Assembly: GCA_902793435.1 (NCBI GenBank)
Contig: CADBDF010000001.1
Span: forward strand, 69,131 to 133,130
DNA from: an uncultured Pseudomonadota bacterium
GTDB lineage: Bacteria; Pseudomonadota; Alphaproteobacteria; Rs-D84
DNA length: 64,000 bases
Reading direction: 5' to 3'
In this document: positions 19,391 through 26,675 of the stretch, one piece after another
Layout: each line of letters opens with the position of its first letter
How positions within the stretch are numbered: the first letter of the stretch is position 1
Notes under the pieces: model-generated
Told to the model about the DNA's origin: nothing
The model's input: the letters and a program-made list of their open reading frames with translations, nothing else
Database searches by the model: none
Translations under genes and position numbers: made by a program

Positions 19391-21667
19391 ATGAATTTAC
19401 TGATTGTGGAATCTCCATCAAAAGCGAAAACAATTGAAAAATACTTGGGTGCCCCATGGCGTGTTATTGCATCTGTTGGTCATGTGCGTGATTTGGTGCC
19501 TGAAAATGGAAGTGTTGATACAAAAAATAATTTTAAAATGCGTTGGCAAATTATGCCAGGCAAAGAAAAACAAATTAAACAAATTACCGATTTGGTAAAA
19601 CAGGCTGATGCAGTATATTTGGCATCGGACCCTGACCGCGAAGGAGAGGCTATTGCGTGGCATATTTTGGATATATTAAAATCTAAACGCGTATTGGGTA
19701 AAACACCGGTTTATCGTGTGGCTTTTCATGAAATTACAAAAAACGCGGTTATGGCGGCTATAAAAGAACCCAGGGAAATAGATTCTAATTTGGTTGATGC
19801 ATATATTGTGCGACGCGCCCTGGATTATTTAATTGGTTTTAGTGTTTCTCCATTATTATGGCGACGTAATTTGGGACGGTCGGCTGGTCGTGTGCAATCG
19901 GTTGCTGTTAAATTGGTTGTTGATAGGGAACGCGAAATAGAGGCTTTCCACCCACAAGAATATTGGTCACTGAAATCAGAGTTCAGAGTTCAGAGTTCAG
20001 AGTTCAGTGGAATTTTATCAAAATATAAAAATAAAAAAATTGATAAACAAACCATTAAAAGTAAAGATGAAATTGATGAAATATTAAATACTTTGGGTGA
20101 ACCGGTTGTTTCGGCATCTGTTGTAAATATTGAAAAGAAAAAAACATCGCGCAAAGCATTTGCACCATTTACAACCAGTACTTTGCAGCAAGAAGCCGCG
20201 CGTAAATTATATTTTTCATCAAAACGCACTATGTCGGTTGCACAACATTTATATGAACAAGGTTTGATTACATATATGAGAACCGATGCAACAAATTTGT
20301 CAGCCGAGGCTGTTGCAGATATTCGTAAATATATTACAAAAACATACGGTGATAATTTTGTTCCAAAATCACCAAATGTTTATATCACTAAATCTAAAAA
20401 TGCCCAGGAAGCACACGAGGCTATACGTCCAACCCATTTTGATGCGCCGGCAAAAAACTTGGATACAGATGAACAAAAATTATACGATTTGATTTGGAAA
20501 CGAACAATCGCGTGTCAAATGGTAAATGCAGAATTTGATTCTTTGGCCGTTGATATTAAACCAGATAACACAAATGCAATTTTCCACAGTGTTGGCACAA
20601 CATGCACTTTTGATGGATTTATGCATGTTTATAATGAAACACGCGATGATGATACAGATGAAGATGTTGTAAAATTACCACCTTTAAATATTGGTGATAA
20701 AATCACAATAAGTAAATTTTTGCCTGAACAACATTGGACAACACCACCACCCAGATTTACCGAGGCATCTTTGGTTAAAAAACTGGAAGAATTGGGAATA
20801 GGGCGACCATCAACATACGCAACAATTATGAGTACCATTGTTGATAGAAGTTATGTTGAACAAGATAAACAACACAGATTTCACCCAACAAGTGCAGGGT
20901 GGATTATTTCTGCATATTTATCAAAATATTTTACCGATTTGGTTGATGTTAATTTTACCGCAAAAACCGAAGATACTTTGGACGATGTTTCAAATGGTAA
21001 AAATGATAAAATTACCGCTTTGCAAGATTTCTGGAAACCGACCGAGGCCACAATTGATGCCGCGCGTGGTGTTAAAACTAGTGAAATTATCGATGTTATA
21101 AATGAATTTATGGAACATCATTTATTCCCAGATGCAAATACAAAATGCCCAAAATGTGGTGGTGTATTGGGAATAAAACTATCAAAATATGGCGCGTTTA
21201 TTGGTTGCAATAAATATCCAGATTGTGATTATACTTTAAAAATTGGAACCACAGAATCTGCAGAAATACCAACCGATGATAATACGGATAAAAAACCTGA
21301 TGAACCGATTGATTTGGACGAAGGTATTACTTTTTATCCACGCGGTAAATTTGGTCCGTATGTTTCAAATGGCAAACAAAATGCGGCGGCAAAAAATTAT
21401 ACGGCTGATACAATTACACTGGAAATTGCCAAAGAATTATTAGATAAAAAATCGTCTGCAAAAACATCGGTTGAATTGGGAATAAACCCGGCAACAAAAC
21501 AACCAATTTTATATTTTGCAACCGGACGATATGGTCCATATATTTCCAGTAATAAAGTAAATGTTTCGGTTAAAACACAACCAGATTTGGAAACAGCAAT
21601 CAATTTAATAAACAATAAGAAATCGTCTGGCAACGCATCAATTCCGGCAAAAAAAGGAAAAAAGTAA
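19391..21667 (+). CDS. topA: DNA topoisomerase I
   Basis: TOPRIM N-terminus LLIVESPSKAKTIEKYLG, active-site region ITYMRTD, one Zn ribbon CPKCGG...CNKYPDC, and C-terminal GKFGPYV / GRYGPYI repeats. Confidence 0.92.
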   Translation: MNLLIVESPSKAKTIEKYLGAPWRVIASVGHVRDLVPENGSVDTKNNFKMRWQIMPGKEKQIKQITDLVKQADAVYLASDPDREGEAIAWHILDILKSKRVLGKTPVYRVAFHEITKNAVMAAIKEPREIDSNLVDAYIVRRALDYLIGFSVSPLLWRRNLGRSAGRVQSVAVKLVVDREREIEAFHPQEYWSLKSEFRVQSSEFSGILSKYKNKKIDKQTIKSKDEIDEILNTLGEPVVSASVVNIEKKKTSRKAFAPFTTSTLQQEAARKLYFSSKRTMSVAQHLYEQGLITYMRTDATNLSAEAVADIRKYITKTYGDNFVPKSPNVYITKSKNAQEAHEAIRPTHFDAPAKNLDTDEQKLYDLIWKRTIACQMVNAEFDSLAVDIKPDNTNAIFHSVGTTCTFDGFMHVYNETRDDDTDEDVVKLPPLNIGDKITISKFLPEQHWTTPPPRFTEASLVKKLEELGIGRPSTYATIMSTIVDRSYVEQDKQHRFHPTSAGWIISAYLSKYFTDLVDVNFTAKTEDTLDDVSNGKNDKITALQDFWKPTEATIDAARGVKTSEIIDVINEFMEHHLFPDANTKCPKCGGVLGIKLSKYGAFIGCNKYPDCDYTLKIGTTESAEIPTDDNTDKKPDEPIDLDEGITFYPRGKFGPYVSNGKQNAAAKNYTADTITLEIAKELLDKKSSAKTSVELGINPATKQPILYFATGRYGPYISSNKVNVSVKTQPDLETAINLINNKKSSGNASIPAKKGKK
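19977..20007 (+). repeat. tandem heptanucleotide repeat (CAGAGTT x4 plus partial) inside topA
   Basis: cagagtt cagagtt cagagtt cagagtt cag, read directly. Encodes ..SEFRVQSSEFSG.. in a variable part of TopA. Confidence 0.9.
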
Positions 21668-23284
21668 TTGGCAAAATATGATAATAATTTTGTTGATGAA
21701 TTACGCACACGCCTGTCGATTGTTGATGTGGTTGGACGACATGTTCCTTTGACCAAAAAAGGTCAAAATTATTGGGGTTGTTGCCCGTTTCATAATGAAA
21801 AAACCCCGTCTTTTTCGGTTAATGAAGAAAAAGGATTTTATCATTGTTTTGGTTGTGGCGCACATGGCGATATTGTTTCTTTTACAATGAATATTGAACA
21901 TGTTGAATTCAAAACTGCTTTGCAAGAATTGGCAGATATGGCGGGATTAAAAATGCCAACAGTTAAAGAAAAATCCCCAGAAAGAGTGCGTTTAGAAGAT
22001 TCTTACTTTGATATATGCGAACGCGCCACATGTGAATATCAAAAGTTATTATTTGAACCGGTGGGGGCTGATGCGTTGGCGTATATTCGCGGACGTGGTT
22101 TTACGGACGAAATGATAAAAAAATATCGTTTGGGTTATGCACCAAAAAACAACTTGATTACAAATAAATTTAGTAATTTAAAACAATCTAATTTATTAGC
22201 CACCGGTTTGGTTCGGCATGGTGATTATGGTTTATTTGATTTTTTCCGTCATAAATTAATGTTTCCAATTTTTGACCCAAAAGGAAAAGTTGTTGCTTTT
22301 TCAGGACGCAGTTTAGACGGGTCTGAACCTAAATACATAAATACAACCGATACAGAATTATTCCATAAAAGACATACTATATTTGGTTTTAATTTTGCCC
22401 GCGAAGATATTTATAAAAAAAATCGCAGTATTATTGTCGAAGGTCAAATTGACGCAATACAAATGCAATGTCATGGATTTGGTGAAACTGTTGCACCACT
22501 GGGCACCGCATTAACCGAAGACCATATCGCAATTTTATGCAAATCAAATCGTAATATAATTTTTTGCTTTGATGGTGATTCCGCAGGACAAAAGGCGGCC
22601 TCGCGGGCGGCATCTATTGTTTTACCGTTTGTCAAAGATAATTCAAATGTTAGTTTTGCGTTTGTGACGGGTGGTAAAGATCCAGATGAAGTTTTAAAAT
22701 CTGGTGGAATTCCTGCAATGAAAAAAATTATAGATGATGCGACACCATTGATTGATTTTTTATGGAAATCTGTGAATCAAAATTATTTGGTAAAAACACC
22801 TGGGGGACGTGTGCAGGCTGAAAAATTTTTGGATACGGAAATAAAAAAAATCACCGATAAAAAATTACAATTTGAATACGAACAAGAATATAAAAAACGC
22901 GAATTTCTGACATGGCGTTCGTGGAAAAAAGATGATACACCAAAAATTAAATTACCTGATACAGATTTGGTGACAAAAAACACACTTATTTATATTGTGA
23001 ATAATTTTGAAAATATTGCCACGCAATACGCAGACTTTTTGGCAAGTCTAAATATTTCTTTTGATGGAAACGCACCAGATTTATGTTGGAACGAAAAACA
23101 GGCTGAAAAATTTATCGTATCATTAAAACTGCAAAGATATCGCGCAACATTAGAACAAGAATTAAAAACAAAAATGCAGGGTATGATAAATGGTGAAAAC
23201 ATCACAAATGAAGAGTTAGCCGAGATAAAGAAAAAAATTACAGATATAAACCAAAGATTAGAAAAATTATTATATATGGAGTAG
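21668..23284 (+). CDS. dnaG: DNA primase
   Basis: Zn-finger CCPFHNEKTPSFSV...YHCFGCGAHGD and TOPRIM IIVEGQIDA...FDGDSAGQKA. TTG start 1 nt after the topA stop. Confidence 0.9.
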   Translation: MAKYDNNFVDELRTRLSIVDVVGRHVPLTKKGQNYWGCCPFHNEKTPSFSVNEEKGFYHCFGCGAHGDIVSFTMNIEHVEFKTALQELADMAGLKMPTVKEKSPERVRLEDSYFDICERATCEYQKLLFEPVGADALAYIRGRGFTDEMIKKYRLGYAPKNNLITNKFSNLKQSNLLATGLVRHGDYGLFDFFRHKLMFPIFDPKGKVVAFSGRSLDGSEPKYINTTDTELFHKRHTIFGFNFAREDIYKKNRSIIVEGQIDAIQMQCHGFGETVAPLGTALTEDHIAILCKSNRNIIFCFDGDSAGQKAASRAASIVLPFVKDNSNVSFAFVTGGKDPDEVLKSGGIPAMKKIIDDATPLIDFLWKSVNQNYLVKTPGGRVQAEKFLDTEIKKITDKKLQFEYEQEYKKREFLTWRSWKKDDTPKIKLPDTDLVTKNTLIYIVNNFENIATQYADFLASLNISFDGNAPDLCWNEKQAEKFIVSLKLQRYRATLEQELKTKMQGMINGENITNEELAEIKKKITDINQRLEKLLYME

Positions 23285-23288
23285 AACA

Positions 23289-23561
23289 ATGTCTAATAAA
23301 AAAAATAAAGATGAATTAAAAGACTTTGAGTGGGTTTTAAAATATTTATCATCTAGCTTAATTGCTGGTTTGGGTTTTGTATTAATGTTTTGTGGTGCTT
23401 TTACAATGATAGATGTACAAAAAAAAGAACAAGCATTATTAAATAAAAAACCTGTAAAAAAATATGATACTTATAATGTTATTGATAATGGTGATACTTT
23501 ATATCTAACACAACAACAATGGAATTTATACAGAGAACAAAGACGACAAAAAATCAAATAA
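23289..23561 (+). CDS. hypothetical small membrane protein
   Basis: 90-aa ORF with one TM segment (LIAGLGFVLMFCGAFTMI). It occupies the position where rpoD usually follows dnaG. Confidence 0.45.
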   Translation: MSNKKNKDELKDFEWVLKYLSSSLIAGLGFVLMFCGAFTMIDVQKKEQALLNKKPVKKYDTYNVIDNGDTLYLTQQQWNLYREQRRQKIK

Positions 23562-23623
23562 ATTTACCGGCTTTTTTTAACATTTTTATTAAAAAAGCCG
23601 GGAAAAACTAGCAAAAATAAAAA

Positions 23624-23660
23624 ACCGGTGTTTTTGTATATTTTTATCAAAAACACCGGT
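23624..23660. terminator. bidirectional rho-independent terminator
   Basis: 12-bp inverted repeat ACCGGTGTTTTT / AAAAACACCGGT flanked by T-runs in both orientations. Lies between convergent ORF 23289-23561 and ychF. Confidence 0.7.
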
Positions 23661-23679
23661 AATTTTTAACAGTTTTATT

Positions 23680-24759
23680 TTACACATTAAACAAGAAGTG
23701 ACAAATGTCGCCGGGTTGCATTACATAATCGCGACCAACTGTACGCATTTTTCCAGCCTCGCGAACCTTTACCTCGCCACCATATTCAATATAATCAGCC
23801 GGTGTTATAATTTCGGCACGAATAAATCCACGTTCAAAATCTGTATGGATTTTGCCGGCGGCCTGGGGGGCCGTCATACCCGCGGTAATAGTCCAGGCGT
23901 GTGCCTCACGTGGTCCAACCGTATAAAATGTTTGCAACCCCAATGTTTTATAACCTGTTTTTATAACCTGTTCCAAACCCGATTGTTTTAAACCTAAATC
24001 GTCCAAGAACATTTTTCTTTCATCAATATCTGTAATTTGTGCAATTTCCATTTCGATTTTTGATGAAATAATTAAAACAGGGTTTTTTGAACCAAATTTA
24101 TCAATAACTGCACGCGAAAATTCATTTCCGGTTGCAGCGGATTTTTCATCAACATTACACACATAAATTACAGGTTTTGCCGTTAATAAATTAAATGGTT
24201 TTGCATCAATATCAACATCACGTGCCGGCACACCATTTGTTAAATTTGTCCGGATAATTGTTGCGTCCGCTAATAATTTTGCTGCGTCTTTGTCCAGCCC
24301 GCGAGCTTTCTTTTCCAGGTTTTTTATTTGTTTTTCAATACTTTCCAAATCAGCCAAAGCCAATTCTGTTTCAATTATATCAATATCAGCAATAGGGTCT
24401 ATTTTTCCATTTACATGGACAATATCATCGTTTTCAAAACAACGAACAACGTGAATTATCGCGTCTGTTTCCAGAATATTGCCTAAGAATTTATTTCCCA
24501 GACCTTCGCCAGTCGATGCACCTTTGACCAGGCCTGCAATATCAACAATTTCCAGTTGTGTTGGTATAATCTTTTCAGAATTATCAACAGCCGCCAATTT
24601 TAACAAAGTTTCATCAGGCACAACAACACGACCAGTATTTGGTTCGATTGTGCAAAATGGATAATTTTGTGCATCAGCCACCGCACTTTGTGTCAAAGCA
24701 TTAAATAGTGTCGATTTACCCACATTTGGCAAACCAACAATTCCGCAATTGAATCCCAT
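23680..24759 (-). CDS. ychF: ribosome-binding ATPase YchF
   Basis: MGFNCGIVGLPNVGKSTLFNALT P-loop, 359 aa, and a C-terminal TGS-like ...HFLFNV. Confidence 0.92.
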   Translation of the reverse strand: MGFNCGIVGLPNVGKSTLFNALTQSAVADAQNYPFCTIEPNTGRVVVPDETLLKLAAVDNSEKIIPTQLEIVDIAGLVKGASTGEGLGNKFLGNILETDAIIHVVRCFENDDIVHVNGKIDPIADIDIIETELALADLESIEKQIKNLEKKARGLDKDAAKLLADATIIRTNLTNGVPARDVDIDAKPFNLLTAKPVIYVCNVDEKSAATGNEFSRAVIDKFGSKNPVLIISSKIEMEIAQITDIDERKMFLDDLGLKQSGLEQVIKTGYKTLGLQTFYTVGPREAHAWTITAGMTAPQAAGKIHTDFERGFIRAEIITPADYIEYGGEVKVREAGKMRTVGRDYVMQPGDICHFLFNV

Positions 24760-24786
24760 AATAAAATCCTTTATAATAAGAGTAAT

Positions 24787-25470
24787 ATGTCATACATCTG
24801 GCAAGATTTCAACATAAAACCTTTTCCCGCAGAAACTATTGTTTTTCGGGACGGTTTGTTTTGTCCTGAAATTTCCACTTTGGAAAGCCCAGTTATTTCA
24901 AAAAATTATGATTTACCGGTGCATTATATATATGTTGGTAATTTATCAGGTCATAATGTTTTAAATATTGATATAAATGAAAATGTTAAAAACCAAAAGA
25001 TATTCTTGAGTGTTAATGTTAAAACAGAAAATATTACTGATTTTGAAATTGTTATTAAAAACAGTGGTATGGATTCAAATATTACATGTTTTATCGTTAT
25101 GGAAAATTATGGTAATTTAACATATAATATATATGCACATCATTTATGCAGAAAAACTGGTATTTTGGTAAAAAATCGATTGCTGGCATATAAAAATTCA
25201 GTATCAAAATTAAATGGTGTTGCCAATATTTATAAATATTGTGAAGATTGTAATTCAAATATTGAATTTTCTGCAATAGCCGAAAAAGATGCAAAAATTA
25301 TATTCAGCCCACAGCAAAAAATATCTGCAGAACCGGGATTTGCCGCACACAGTGCAAATATTGCCCGACCAAACAACCAACAAATCGAATATTTGCATGG
25401 CGCAGGTTTAACAGACCCAGAAATTCACGATGTTATGCGCGAGGCTTTTATTAATAATACAGATTTTTAA
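24787..25470 (+). CDS. SufD/SufB-like (SUF beta-helix) domain protein, short and stand-alone
   Basis: The C-terminal ...AAHSANIARPNNQQIEYLHGAGLTDPEIHDVMREAFI resembles the conserved SufB/D C-terminus (H.A..g.ld.eq.fYL..RGl....a..ll..aF). Only 227 aa and there are no sufBC neighbours. Confidence 0.4.
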   Translation: MSYIWQDFNIKPFPAETIVFRDGLFCPEISTLESPVISKNYDLPVHYIYVGNLSGHNVLNIDINENVKNQKIFLSVNVKTENITDFEIVIKNSGMDSNITCFIVMENYGNLTYNIYAHHLCRKTGILVKNRLLAYKNSVSKLNGVANIYKYCEDCNSNIEFSAIAEKDAKIIFSPQQKISAEPGFAAHSANIARPNNQQIEYLHGAGLTDPEIHDVMREAFINNTDF

Positions 25471-25484
25471 TACAAACCCAAAAT

Positions 25485-25513
25485 TTGACAAATTATTGTG
25501 TTTATAGTATAAT
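25485..25513 (+). promoter_or_regulatory. consensus sigma70 promoter
   Basis: TTGACA (25485-25490), a 17-nt spacer, and TATAAT (25508-25513). AAAGAGGTG RBS, then the ATG at 25537. Confidence 0.7.
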
Positions 25514-25536
25514 CACCAATGTAAAGAGGTGAAATT

Positions 25537-25875
25537 ATGGACAAAAGTTTAAAAATTCAAATGCTTGAAGCATTGACAGATAGTTTTAAAACTGCACAAC
25601 AAAGATTAAATGAATTTAAGGCCCAATTACCTAATAATTTAAAAGGTTTTGTTGATTTACAGATGGATAATTTGAAAAAAGCACATAAAGAATTGGCAGC
25701 TGATATTGATCTTTACGCTAATTTAGGCAGAGAAGATGATAGTATAAAGTTAAAAAACTTTAAAATTCATTGCGGTGAAAGATTTTTACCTATTGTGATA
25801 TTGTCAGAGCCAGAACGTATAAAAAGTTATGGTATTACATTTGATGAATATAAATCACCTTATAAAGGTAGATAA
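25537..25875 (+). CDS. hypothetical protein
   Basis: 112-aa ORF behind a perfect consensus promoter and a strong RBS. Predicted helical N-terminus. No motif recognised. Confidence 0.5.
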   Translation: MDKSLKIQMLEALTDSFKTAQQRLNEFKAQLPNNLKGFVDLQMDNLKKAHKELAADIDLYANLGREDDSIKLKNFKIHCGERFLPIVILSEPERIKSYGITFDEYKSPYKGR

Positions 25876-25942
25876 TAAGATTTATTTGTTTAGTATAAAA
25901 ATACCCGTTTTTTAACGGGTATTTAATTTTTGTTAGGCCATA

Positions 25943-26074
25943 TTATTTTTTAAAGCCCTGTTTAGCCTTTAATTTAGGATTTTTAGGGTCAATTAAAATA
26001 ATCTGTTTGCCACGACGAATTTGTTTAATATCACCGCGTTTTTTCCATGCCTTTAATGAACTTAAAAATTTCAT
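25943..26074 (-). CDS. rpmJ: 50S ribosomal protein L36, type B (non-zinc form)
   Basis: Hand translation of the minus strand gives MKFLSSLKAWKKRGDIKQIRRGKQIILIDPKNPKLKAKQGFKK (43 aa). This is below the ORF-track size cutoff. It matches the MK..NSLK....R......RR.G...vI.K.NP..KA.QG pattern of YkgO-type L36. A hairpin terminator lies at 25895-25925. Confidence 0.8.
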   Translation of the reverse strand: MKFLSSLKAWKKRGDIKQIRRGKQIILIDPKNPKLKAKQGFKK

Positions 26075-26164
26075 ATCAAATCCTTTTTGCCAAGTGATTA
26101 TAAACGGTTTTTAACAAAAATCAAATAAATAATATAAATTTTGTTGTTTTTGTTGGGGCTGTTT

Positions 26165-26373
26165 AAATTGTTGAAAAAAGTTATTAGTTTTTTATTAACA
26201 GTTTTTTAACAATTTTTTCCCAGATTTTTAAGAAAAAAATTTAAATTGTTAAAAAACACCCTTTATTAAAAACTGTTGAAAAAGTTATTAGTTTTCAACT
26301 GTTTTAACAATTTTTTTGGTTTTATTTTTCTGCTTGTTAAAAAATGTTGAAAAGTGTTATAATTATTAACAAG
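26165..26373. promoter_or_regulatory. iteron-like direct repeats and TTAACAA motifs overlapping the virB3 promoter
   Basis: Three related units contain TGTTGAAAA(A)GTTATTAG...TTAACAA, at 26165-26218, 26269-26317 and 26339-26373. At least 6 copies of TTAACAA/TTGTTAA occur in both orientations. The putative promoter is TTGTTA (26334-26339), an 18-nt spacer, and TGtTATAAT (26355-26363). Confidence 0.4.
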
Positions 26374-26384
26374 TGTAGGAAGAA

Positions 26385-26675
26385 ATGAGACAGCAAGTTT
26401 TAAAAGCTTTGGCAAATCCGCCGCGTATTTTTTACGTGCCATATTCGTTGGCCGTAATCAATTTTGTCGTGCAATTTGTTGCTTTTATTGCAATTTATGT
26501 CGTTTCTTTGGTCTTTTTTGGGTATGATATCAGCCCGGTTATTTTTCTGTTATCTGTGATGTTTGTTCATATGGTTTTGGCAATATATTCCAGGCGCGAC
26601 CCACAAATAGGCCAGATTTTATCCGCAAGAATACAACTTTTTAAACACAAGGTTCCACAAAGATTACCAGCATGA
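26385..26675 (+). CDS. virB3: type IV secretion system protein VirB3/TrbD-like
   Basis: 96 aa. LKALANPPRIFYVPYSLAVINFVV followed by two TM segments, which is the VirB3 pattern. ATGA overlap with virB4. Confidence 0.6.
   Translation: MRQQVLKALANPPRIFYVPYSLAVINFVVQFVAFIAIYVVSLVFFGYDISPVIFLLSVMFVHMVLAIYSRRDPQIGQILSARIQLFKHKVPQRLPA

Noticed and set aside
23567-23601. Long AT-rich inverted repeat CCGGCTTTTTT...AAAAAAGCCGG after ORF 23289-23561
   Set aside because: It probably contributes to termination together with the stronger hairpin at 23624-23660. It lacks a flanking U-run in either orientation, so it is not listed as a separate terminator.
26100-26384. Possible CRISPR array (regularly recurring AT-rich repeats)
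   Set aside because: The units differ in length and spacing (104 and 70 bp periods) and the repeats are imperfect. There are no unique spacers of constant size and no cas genes. They overlap a promoter, so I interpret them as operator or iteron-like sites.
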